This document shows, one piece after another, positions 46,944 to 57,498 of a stretch of DNA of 64,000 nucleotides. The DNA is from Fimicolochytrium jonesii (Eukaryota). Within the stretch, counting starts at the first letter, position 1, and each line of letters opens with the position of its first letter. The position numbers and the translations under genes are program-made. A model generated the notes under the pieces. It saw only the letters and a list, made by a program, of their open reading frames with translations. It searched no databases and was not told the origin of the DNA. Where the stretch lies: the NCBI RefSeq assembly GCF_025526975.1, contig NW_026515673.1, forward strand, positions 1 through 64,000, in the 5' to 3' direction.

Positions 46944-48880
46944 GTAAACGCGGAGGTGAAGTGTGAGGTTGGAACACAACCAGCGACTGACGTTGACGGA
47001 CACGCTACCTTTATCGGCGGCCATGGTGCTTGCTGTGCTCTCTGTCGTCGAGCTGGGCGTGCGTATATGTACTGTATGTATATATGCCCCGAGGAAGCGG
47101 ATGGGAGGTGGGGCGTGCGGTTGACATCCATGCGGTGGGAACGTAGTTTCAGGATGTACTTGACCTCGGCCATTGTCAATGTTGCGCCGAGTTGGTCGAG
47201 TACGGTCTCAACCGAGTGTAAAGTTTCCTCAAGACGACTAGGTTTCCCGCTACGGATTGTTGATGTTTGAATTGTTGATGGAATTGGTGTTGGGAAGTGG
47301 TGAATTGGTGAAAGAGAGTGAATTGGCAAAGGAGATGTATTGGTGTTTGAATGGTTGATGGTTATAGAACGGGATGGACGGTTGTCGTTGCAACTCGTTC
47401 TAGCAGCTCAAAGAACAACCCGACCTCATGATAGCTTTTGATAATGTTACACGCAGTGCAAGCAATGCGCAGATTGATCAAATCGCTGTATGGGCGGCCT
47501 GCTTCCAATCGCTCGAGTGTAATGGATGGGGTCGTATCCATCCACTGCCTCGTGATTTGCAGCGTCCGATGGCAATAACAGCACCTCCCATCCCCTATAC
47601 GCCATAGATAGCTGATAACGTCTGCCATCTGCGTTGTGAGCTAGAAAGACAGTTCGTACGTCTGTGTTAGACATTCCGATAGATGGCGTCAAGGACTCGA
47701 ACAACAAAGGTGCAAAATACTCCATACCTTTCGGTCGTCCCTGGTCGCTAGTACCTGCATCCGCATGTCTGGGGAGCTTGCGTACAGCTGTGGATTTCCA
47801 TTTCACGGGCAGTTTTGAACCCACGGCCGCAGTCACAATGATGAGGGCGGTCCGCATCGCATAAATGGCTGAGCAGGTGAGCATTCCGTGGTCGGGGCCA
47901 CCAGTACTCTCTGCCGCATAAGCTGCATCCCCAAAGCGTGTGTTGTGTCACGATGATTTGGAACCTTCAAAAATGCTGCCTAAATGAGGATATCCCAGGA
48001 TGAGGATGAGTGTGTATATATATGTGGGCACGACACTGAACGATGTAACCAGCGCGGATGTCAGCGTACCATTGAACAACCTCACGGCATCTTCACAGGC
48101 GCGTTTGTCTTCATACGTGAGTCGGGCGTGGTTTCTTCCCCGCGCTCTAGATCTGGTCAGCAGCTTGAGGCCCCTCGCGGGTTTCTTGAGGGCTCCGAGT
48201 CTCCATTGAAACCGAGACTCCTGCATGCACAGTCGATACCCCCTTCCTCCTCCTGTTCGACACCGTCAGCGCAATCGATCGTCTGTTCGTCATCGTCGTC
48301 GTCCCCATCGTTCTCGTCCTCGTGACGGTCTTCATGCATGTGCAGGTCGTGGTTGCGCTGGCCCTCCGTCTCGTCGGTCTCCACTCTCCCACGGACCCTG
48401 GGCAAGTGATCCCGGTAGTGTGCCTTTGTGAACTCTTCATAGGAGTGGAAATCGTCGGCGTACTCGCACTTTCGGCAGACAATGTGGACAACTTGCAGTG
48501 GTGGTGGGAGCCGCCCATAATTCCTTTCGCATGCTCGCACGTGCCGAAAGAGGTTGTGGTGGCGAAGGGTTCCTACCTCCTTTCGGCAGTCGGGCACTGG
48601 GCATTGCAAGTTGCCCAGGTCCATAGATTCCTACCACGAGCGCGAGTGGAAATGGCTTTGCTTGCGCTGGACAACCGATGGCATGCAACTTGCGTAGCAA
48701 CGGAACATATGCACTTGAAATTGAACCCGATCCCGATCGCGTAGTCGTACTCGAACTCATCGTCAGTGCCCCCGATCGCGTCTCCGCCATGGTCCTCTTC
48801 GACTAATCCAGCACCACCGCGCAAGGAGGCCTCCCAAGTGATCCCGCCGCGAAGAGTTTCTAGAGTCCCTCCAGCTAACA
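46925..48880 (-). pseudogene. Degenerate zinc-finger + HNH (His-Me) endonuclease-like gene(s)
   Basis: CPVPDC..HNLFRH..C and CRKC..H...H (48157-48624). CSLCGREY..RNAHLLSH and CDCGRGF..IHSC (47748-47951). GRCCYC..SITLERLEAGRPYS..NLRIACTACNIIK (47362-47628). Interrupted by introns, stops and frameshifts. Confidence 0.6.
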
Positions 48881-48934
48881 ACGAAACTCCAAGCCCTCAC
48901 AGCTCTCCCAATCCGGCGCCCTGAAAATTATCCG

Positions 48935-49140
48935 CGCCAAAGCCGGTGCCTGCGACATCCTTCTGCTGTAGCGATGCCTCTCCAGCGGTTCGTGGAAGAG
49001 ACCGGCGCCCCGTGGGGAATGTGGGCAACACGTCGCACTTCGGAGGCCGCGCGAGAGGTAGCACGCGGCTGCAGGGTCGGGATTCCGGCGTGGAGAGGCA
49101 TCGCTACAGCAGAAGCATGTCGCAGACAGCGGCTTTGGCG
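48935..49140. repeat. 50-bp inverted repeat (3 mismatches) around a 106-bp spacer
   Basis: 48935-48984 CGCCAAAGCCGGTGCCTGCGACATCCTTCTGCTGTAGCGATGCCTCTCCA pairs with 49091-49140. Confidence 0.88.
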
Positions 49141-50206
49141 GTCGCGGGGACTTTCAGATCTGCACGGCGCATGATCTCGCACCCGTTGTGAGGGGGTGTG
49201 TTTGGGATTCCGAAGGGGGTTTGAGGAGGAGAAGGGTTTAAGGCCGCGTGTAAGGTGTTTGTGAAGGGGTGGAGGAGGGAGAAGATGCGGCGGAGAGAGG
49301 GGGGCCGCGGATGTCCCGTTTGGGAGCCTTCTGTGGGTTTGCGTGGATAGGCGGGGTCGGGGGAGGATTCCGCTGTGGGTCAGTGGCCAAATGTCAGGCT
49401 CACACTCATCACGGATATATCGTTGGCCCGGTACTCGAAAAAACTTTGAGTGCTCGCCAGCCGATGCAGAACAATATGACGACACGAGTACGAAAACCGC
49501 TCATTGTTTTCTGGGTCCTTCCTATGCTTTTCAACCTCTCGACCGCTGGAAAGGCCGTTGCGCGCCAAGTGGTGCTTGTGCTTTGGTGCCCGCAGGTTCG
49601 CGGAGGCCGTGACGTCTGGGCTGAGGTGCTAGTGGGGAGCCAGGTTTGACGAGAGGGGGTTCTGCAACAAAATCAGAGGTCACCGGCTGTTGCAACACCC
49701 CAAACCCGCACTCCCTCGGCTAGCCTCAGTTTGCGCACTCTGTAGCGAGACGGCGGCCTTATACTAGTTGAGAATTTGTAGCCCAGCCCCCTCTATTACG
49801 TACCTCAAGTTCTTGTTGCGGTCGTGGGGCTGGTCGTGGGGGATGCCCATTAAGGGCGAAGCCGCGCTGCCGGCCGGTTGTGCCCTCAACTCCAGCCTCA
49901 ACTCCCACGACGCCGCCTGCGGCCTTCTGTGAACAATATCATATTTGGAAGTTCTTGGTTGTTGGCTTTCGTGCGAAGACAGAGCCCACGAATTTCAAAA
50001 AGTTCGCTATCATAGAGACATTCAGTTCACCATGTCCCCTATGATGCGCCCATGTCCGTCTCAGGGTCTATAAAAGACGGGACGGTCGACGTCCACGGCT
50101 CCTCCAGTTCTGTCCAAGATTCAGTCAGGCATAGTGACGTCCAAGACCGTCTCGTCTACATAACACTCCCCTCCATTCCCGCAAGGGACCGTAATCCCTC
50201 CCAGAA

Positions 50207-50461
50207 ATGACCCTGACCACCACTGCAGCGCCCGGCCAGCTGCCCTCGCGACAGCCGAACCAGCCGTTCTTTCAGCTTCAACGACCGGGCACGGGCATGG
50301 ACGTTGACCGGGCAGGAGATCACCGTGCCGAGAAGCCACCGAAGCCGGCCACACCGCCGCCTGTGCTCGAGCCCGTCACCGACGACGGCTCTATGCTGAA
50401 GTTTAATGACCGCGTTTGGAGGTTCGGGGGTAGTGGAGAGACCACCGGCTCGTCTGTCTGA
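50207..50461 (+). CDS. Putative small protein (84 aa) inside the recombinase element
   Basis: ATG ORF preceded by TATAAAAG at 50069-50076; no domain recognised. Confidence 0.35.
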   Translation: MTLTTTAAPGQLPSRQPNQPFFQLQRPGTGMDVDRAGDHRAEKPPKPATPPPVLEPVTDDGSMLKFNDRVWRFGGSGETTGSSV

Positions 50462-51213
50462 ATCCGCATCACGACCACCCCGCTCCCTTACTCCGGACCC
50501 TTGATTTGCATATTGTATACATAGTTCCCATCCCACAATCCCTTGCCAGAATCCAAAAATGCACACCAATTCAGATCGTTTCGTTCGTTTCTTGGCACAA
50601 TCGGCCGGCGGTCAAAATTATATTCGACAAAATAATACAAAGGCTAAAAGAGTAGAATTTACAAAATTGTATAAGCGCACGGAAGAGCACGAGCGCTGCT
50701 GGCGGGTGATATGTGTGAGTGATGTGATGGCTGGGGTTGGTTTCGCAGAGAAACGACAGCGGGTGCTTAGAATCAATTGTTCGATTTTCGCGGTGACGAA
50801 GGTGTTATGGTTTTGCGTCAGACGGAGGCGGGATTGAGGTCATGATGGCGAGGGGTATTGGTTGGATGCGGCGCCGATGTTGAATTTGGGATATGCGGGC
50901 GGGAGTTGCGTGATGGATGCGCTTTTGGTGCTTAGTACTTGAGGATGACTGCAATAGGGAAAAGACGTTAAAAATCGTTGATTAATGTTAAATCACATGT
51001 TAATAACAAAATAGATCTCTCTGACCCGCCGGTAGCGATACACCAGCAACGACAAAAGTAAGTTGGTATCTCAAATATATTCACTCAAAGTACAACGATG
51101 TACTTTACACCCCATATCTAATCAACGTCCTCCATGCGCGACTGTAACAGCAGCTTCTCACGTCTCATACAAAGTTCGTCTCCTCAACGTCCCCTCTACG
51201 TCCCCTTTAGAAC

Positions 51214-54159
51214 CTACGTGTTCTTATCGGGGCAAGACACAGCGTTGTGGCCTGTGCCCTTCTTCCCGCACGACCCGCATTTGCGTGCTTGTGGGCGGGC
51301 TGTACGTTTACTCGAACTGGGCCCCTCATTTACGTCCTCCGAGTCAGCCCGCACACGTTTCGACATCCCGTGCGTCACGCCAACGTTGGGTTTGCCAACC
51401 TTACCGGTGTGGTACACACGTTCCTTGCCAGGGGTGTGATACGCGACGTCGTGTTCCGCCATTCCTGAACGAGTCTCATTCCTGAACACGCACTTGATAC
51501 CGTTGACCGTCTTGTCGCAATGAAACTTGCATTGGCGCTCGTGCATCGGCAGGTGGGTCAACATGTGGGTCATGAGTGAAGTCAAACATTTCTCCCTTCT
51601 CGCGGACGTAAGAGCAAGGTTATCTGCGATTTTTTGGAAAAAGGGATTAGACTAAAGGGACGGGCGCGGGCAACTGGCATGCACTACTCACCATCACGAA
51701 CGAACTTTGGTGCCGGTGGGCTGTGCCAACAGTGTACGTTGCCAGCTGATGTGTCACGTGCAGGGAATGGGCAGGCCAAACCCCACGGGTTCTTGCACCT
51801 CACGTCTTGGCCGTAGATCCCCAATTCGATCCCGGATTCGACATTGGGGGCGATAGGGAGCAGTACGCTGAACTCACAATCGGCAGCAACGTAGCCCCCG
51901 ATTGTCCGTGCGGTGACCTTGAGTGTAGTAGGACCAGCTGACGTCCCAGCCGGTACGTTCCACCAAATGCCATTTTCGGTGACGTCGAACGCTGCGAGCA
52001 CCTCAAATACGACGTCGAACAGCGAGGACGTGTCGACCGGAGGCATAGTGACGCGCTCGGCCGGAGGAATGAGCCTTTGGCCTGCCCAGTAAAGATCCTC
52101 ATGACGTTCTTCGGCCTGACGTTTGAGAAACATGCGCCTACGTTCACGATCAGCCATAAGCTGCTTCCGGTCGTCACCGACGATTTCACGGTCGGCCAGC
52201 ATGTTATGAGCGTCCATCCATTCCTCGTCGGCGGCGTAGATCTTCTCCAGCTCTTCGGTGGATATGGGCGGGCACGGCGCGCTGCCACGTGTGTTCCACA
52301 AAGACGAGGGGCTTTCCTGGTACACGTTGCCGTCGCTGACCAGATCGCCGTTGAGTTCATCCGAGAGTGATCGGGCAGGTAGTCGCGTGTGACGGTAGAG
52401 CCAATAACGTGAGCGACGTAGGCTTGAAGATCGTCGGCCTTCATGCCGCTCTTCTTGGCGGCCTCGATCCATCCTCGTCTGTTTGACTTCATGGAAACGT
52501 AGCAAGGCTGCAGGCAGGCGGACGTGGCAAGTTCCTTGAGCAAACGACTCGCGACGTATGTCGATAGAGGTGAGTTTGCAGCACCCGCGCGCACCCAAGG
52601 GCTCACATCGACGACGACCTGTGGGGGGTTGGATGGAGGAGGTCAAAGACCGTCGGTGCACGCAGTTTGCATGCAAACCCACCTGCCACTCTTCGCACTC
52701 TGGCCGCAACGTAAAGTCTCCCGAGTTGAGGACGTCCCGCCACGGGCGCAAAAACATGCCTCGAAGGATGAATGAGATCGTCAGGAGGGTACCCAATGAC
52801 GTCCAATGCTCTTGGTCAAAGTCGATGCTGAACTTGAGCTGGACATTGGCGTCGCGAATCGTGTGGCCTTTGATGAACTCGATTACGATGCAACCACCAA
52901 CGTAAGGCGAACCGTTGGGCAGACGTTTCAAGGCAAACTCCACATTGCGAGCACGTAGTCCGCCAATCGCACGTTGGGTAATAGTCACCATGGTCCTTGG
53001 TAAGGTGGAGACATTAATCATGGTGTGCAAGGGGGCCCAATCAATACTCTGGTTTGCTGATCCATACCATGAGGGGACCGTCGACTAAAAAGTCACGTAA
53101 CTGAAAAGCGAGTCGTTCTTGCTCGGCGTCATTGGCAGGTCTGTAACCGTCACGTAAGGAGACGGAACTTGGCCGCAGTCCGTAGCAGTGCGACATTGAC
53201 TGCATCACGGCAGTCATCAACGTCCGCACGCGGTCCTCTCTGTTCACATCTTTGTCCTTGACGATGCATTGCGCTGTCTTCATCAAGAGACGGTGTTCTT
53301 GAGCTCCCAACGGCTTGCACCGAGTTACAGGTTTTCCAAAGCCCTTGTCTTGCGACTTGAGCAGCATAAGGTGGTCGATGGCCTTGCCGGTCACGATGGT
53401 AACGTCGTGCACGTCCTTGATCGCGTAAGACAGCACCTCTATTAGGAGAGAGAGGGCGATGAGATGGACGGTTCGACAACCCTCTGAAACAAGCTTTAGC
53501 AGGGGCCCGATCGATGAACGCACCCGGATGGTATTCCTTAGGGTCTTGTAACCGTACCGGCGCACTTGTCCTCCCCCGGCGCTCGGCTTCTTCTCCTCGT
53601 ACAACGTCCGCGCAAACTCAAAGAGGTCGTCCTCGCTGTCCTTGACGTCGTCCCATGCGCACTCATGGCCTGGGGCACGACCAAGCCCCACGCGTGCAAA
53701 CGATTTCCACGTCTCAAGGACGCGGTCTAGTTGCAGTTGGTACGTGACAGCCCACTTGTTGCGTTTCAACAGCATGTGGACCTTTTCACGTCGAGCCTTG
53801 AGCTCCTCACGTTCTTGTGCAGATCGCGCAGGCTGGAGGGCATCACGTTCTTCAGCTGATAAATGGGACTTCCGACAGACGTACTGACCGCGTGCGTTCG
53901 TTCGTTTGGCCTTGTAGGCGGCGAGGCGTTCGGCGACCGTCAACGGGGTGCTGGTGGCGGCCGAAGGGCGACAATCCTTGACATGATGGGGGATGGGGTT
54001 AGATTTTAAATGACTGCACTTGGGTGTCACGGCCTGGATACGCACATCTGCTTCTTCCACCACAGCTTCTTCAACGTTCTCCAAGACGTCGGCGGCCGCG
54101 TCTAAGAGCTCATCTTCATCATCGTCTTCGATCGCCGCCAACTCATGTGCGCCGAGCAT
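51214..54159 (-). CDS. Tyrosine recombinase, DUF3435/Starship-captain-like, with C-terminal C2H2 and CCHC zinc fingers; ~5 introns and one apparent frameshift (~52340)
   Basis: Ordered YR-type residues: YGLRPSS (R), IEFIKG (K), MKSNRRG (xxxR), VAHVIGS (H), TRDYL (Y). Then RGSAPCPPISTEELEKIYAADEEW, reminiscent of the captain C-terminal region. Last exon has CKFHC...C...EHDVAYH and CGSCGKKGTGHNAVSC. Donors GTGCGT/GTATGG/GTGGGT/GTGAGT join the ORF pieces. Confidence 0.72.
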
Positions 54160-54261
54160 GTTTTTTTGCCGTGAAGGGTGGTGACTGTGCTTTTGCTGTG
54201 CTTCGTAGTCTGATTTTCCCACGCTGATTTGATTTGGCAAATATGCAGAACAGCGATCGGC

Positions 54262-54427
54262 GCGGACGTTCCCCTCGTTTGCAATATATACCGCCCGCCG
54301 CCAAAGGTGTGTGCCTAGGTAGGTGGCTGTCTTGGAGGGGCGCCGCGCTTTTTTTTCCCCCGCAACCCCTGTATGTTTTACTTCCAATGGCCATGGCGAT
54401 ACGATATTTTCCCAGGGGAACGTCCGC
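54262..54427. promoter_or_regulatory. 166-bp candidate invertible promoter segment bounded by perfect 14-bp inverted repeats
   Basis: GCGGACGTTCCCCT (54262-54275) and AGGGGAACGTCCGC (54414-54427). TATATA at 54285-54290, ~126 nt upstream of the recombinase ATG. Confidence 0.55.
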
Positions 54428-54445
54428 TATCGGCGCGTAGGCTCC

Positions 54446-54544
54446 TTCTCGTCGTCGTTCTCGTCGTCGTTCTCGTCGTCGTTCTCGTCGTCGTTCTCGT
54501 CGTCGTTCTCGTCCTCGTCGTCGTCCCCATCGTTCTCGTCCTCG
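54446..54544 (+). repeat. 12-bp tandem repeat (TTCTCGTCGTCG)x5 + variant, ending in a 30-bp copy of 48293-48322
   Basis: Five perfect units at 54446-54505. TCGTCGTCGTCCCCATCGTTCTCGTCCTCG at both 54515-54544 and 48293-48322. Confidence 0.9.
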
Positions 54545-55029
54545 GTGCCGCTACTTTAATTTGACGATTAATGGATGATGCATGCATTAAGGTTGACATC
54601 CAGGTCATGGTCGCAATATTAGATTAATGGCGATACTTGTGATTCATGTACATATCTGACATATGATAATGGAAGGGGGAGGGAGGGGGGGGATGGATGG
54701 CTACCTAGCTAGGGGGATTGCTCGTGCTGTATAAACACGATGCAGAAGATGGTGATTGAGCGTGCTATTGACCGCGTACTTTTTTCCCACTGCCAAGTAG
54801 GGGCAATAAAGGCTTCCTTCGGACGGACGTCGATCTCAGGCGTCCCGTCCTGAGGAAGTTTCCAATCGTCTGCGTAGGGGGGCGTCGGCTTTGTTTTGCG
54901 CAGGTTGGTAGGGTCGCAATTGCGATCCTGATGGTGACTGAGTTCGATCTCGAAAAGTCGCAAAGGACGCGCCGACGGGGCACTGGGTATAATATACACA
55001 GTAAGTGGGGCTGCGAGTCGCCGAATTAT

Positions 55030-55274
55030 TTAGTACTTGAGGATGATCCAGAAAGCGTGGATGATTCCGGGGATGAAACCGAGGATCGTCAGTGCGAGGT
55101 TGATGAGGACGTCGATGCTGCATCCGCGCTCGAGGAAGACACCCTATAGAGATGAGAAGTAGGTGAGAATGGAGTTCGAAAAAGAGGTGAAGCAGCGGGC
55201 TAGTGGGAACGCACCAATGGGGGCAGGATGACGGCGGCAATGAACTTGAAGATGTCGGAGCAGGTGAGAGCCAT
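55030..55274 (-). CDS. PMP3: Plasma membrane proteolipid 3 (57 aa; intron 55144-55214)
   Basis: Spliced product MALTCSDIFKFIAAVILPPLGVFLERGCSIDVLINLALTILGFIPGIIHAFWIILKY. Confidence 0.93.
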
Positions 55275-56442
55275 TTTTGCTAGGTTGTGTTGTGGAGTGT
55301 TGTTGGGACGGGGTTGCGAGAAAGCGAAGTGTGCTGCGAGAAGTGCGAAAGAGAGCGAGTTTGCGTTTGGTGGGTGGGTGGGTGGGTGTGGAAGGGAAGG
55401 TTGCGATCCTTTTATATTTGCGAGCCGTCTCTTCTGGGGCAGCACGTTGGGGCGCCAAGCAAGCCAAGCAAGGCAGGCAAGCCTCACTCAAGTCAAGGAA
55501 GGACCCGGGGGGCCAAGCGAGAAAGAAAGAAAGAAGCATGACCGCGACATGCGTAATCCCATTCCTCCCCAGTCCAACATGTTACGTGTGTGTGGGGCGA
55601 TGACTTCATCAAGGAATGACGGAGGGAGAGGTCCGGGAGACAACATGGATGGATGGGCACACGCACGCACGCGAAAAAGAGGAGCGCGAGAGCGGAGAGA
55701 GGAGGGACAAAAGAAGGAGGCGGTGAGGAGGCGGCATGATGTCATGCTCTCGGGCTCAGCGGGACGCGTGATTCACTCTTGTGCGACGGGAGTGAGTCAT
55801 GCATTACCTCATCCCCCATCGAACAACTCGCCCCCCCCAAAATCGAAGGTTCCACATTCTTCGCAGTCCCGTCAACTTCCGCGGACCGCAACTGCAACCT
55901 CCGATGAGCCCCTGACGAACTCCTCTCGCAGCACGCCTTCGCCACTTCCAAAGTTGCGCTTTCCGTTTGGGACCGCCGTCATCTACCTCACCTGACCAGC
56001 AAACGGCTCTCGGAAGAATGACAGCCGCCGTCGCTACTGCAGTAGTCGCCGCGAAAGCTCCCCTCCGGATATACCCAGAATGCCGAGGTAAGGGAAGGAA
56101 ACGGAATTGGGGACTCTACAGACAATTCTGGAAACGTAGTTAGTGTGCTCATCCGGTCCTAGTGTAGCTTGTACAATCTCTCAGCATGCTCGGTCGTCCC
56201 GTTTCCTCCATCTTGTTCCTTTTACTGTGGTTGGTGTAAATACTACGTAGACAGTCTTCGCAAAGTGTGCGAGCCACTTCTGCGCGCGCGTCCGTCCGCG
56301 AAAGGGACACCGCAGGGTGAATTTAAAAGAATTCAAAAGAAGTAGCACGTGAGGCCCTGTGATGAGAGTCCTGATGAGAGACACGACAATCCGCACCACA
56401 ACCCTCCCCGGCCCATCTAAGATCCTTCCAGTGCACGACAAA

Positions 56443-57498
56443 ATGCTCAAACCAGCACCCGGAACTCCCTTCTCCATCCTCCACGATGGCCTGCACGATT
56501 TCGCCCCCTCGTGGCAGCTGCCCGTCTTGCACAGCATCGTCGTCGCGGTAAGTGTCTTGCCTTGGATGTGATTTCTCTTTCGGCGATGGTCAGAACTGAC
56601 GTGCCCTTTTTGGTGGATGATGGTGACAGTACAATATGCGAAAACGGTTCACGAAACCTGAGCATACGTTTATCCAAAAGATCCGTAAGTTGGCAAGCCC
56701 AAACCCTCATTTCCACACCCTCGCGAAAATCGATTTTCTGATCCTCAACATCGGTCCGCAGTCGCCCACCTCCTAGTAGCCCTCGGCGGCGGCACGCTCT
56801 CCGCCCTCCTCACCGCCCGCCCCGTCCCCCTCTTCACCTCCAACACCCTCCTCCCGCTCTACCTCACCGGCCACCTCCTCATCCACTACACCCCCTTCCT
56901 CTTCCCGCTCCTCACCGCCCTCTCGCCCCTCTGGGAACCCCTAGCGGCCATCATCGACGCCGCGTCACGCACGTGGGCGCTTACACACGGCCTGGACGCG
57001 TTCCGGGCGCATGTGCAGTACGCGCATCTGTCACGGGACGCGATCGTGGGGCAGTTTGCGTTGGGTGTGGTTTCGGTCACTGCGGGCGGGATCATCTATA
57101 AATGGAGCGCGTCGCCCGTGGGGAGGTATACGTGGCCCGGGTGGGATTTCGGCGTCGTTTGCTTTGTTACGGGGGTCTATGTTGCGTATTGGGATAGCTC
57201 CACGTTGGGGGTCGGGAAGGCGGCTGGGGGGTGGGTGGGGCCGTGGGTGAGGGAGTACGGGGGCGTGGTGGGGCTGCCGTATAGTGTTACGGGGGCGGAG
57301 ATGAGGACCGTCTGTATGGCGTTGATGGCGGTGGGGTTTTTGGCCGGGGTTTGGGCGCCGGTGGTGGCTGGGGGTGGTGGGGGAGCGACGGGGAGGACCG
57401 TGGGCAGGGGAACGACGGGTCAGGGTGGGTGGTATGCGCAGCAGCAGCAGCAGCAGCAGGGGAAGGGAAAGAAGAAGGGGGATGCAAAGAAAGAGTGA
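56443..57498 (+). CDS. Multi-pass membrane protein, TRIC (TMEM38)-like, 3 exons
   Basis: Phase-consistent introns at 56548-56629 and 56685-56761. LLVALGGGTLSALL..PVPLF, ALGVVSVTAGGII, basic C-terminus. Confidence 0.65.

Noticed and set aside
54446..54517. Possible CRISPR-like array
   Set aside because: 12-bp units with no spacers; a simple minisatellite in eukaryotic DNA.
45400..54550. DIRS/Ngaro retrotransposon or Polinton
   Set aside because: No reverse transcriptase, RNase H, gag, polB, integrase or capsid motifs seen.
54550..54720. Canonical Starship TTAC-type boundary
   Set aside because: No matching direct repeat could be identified by eye; boundaries left undefined.
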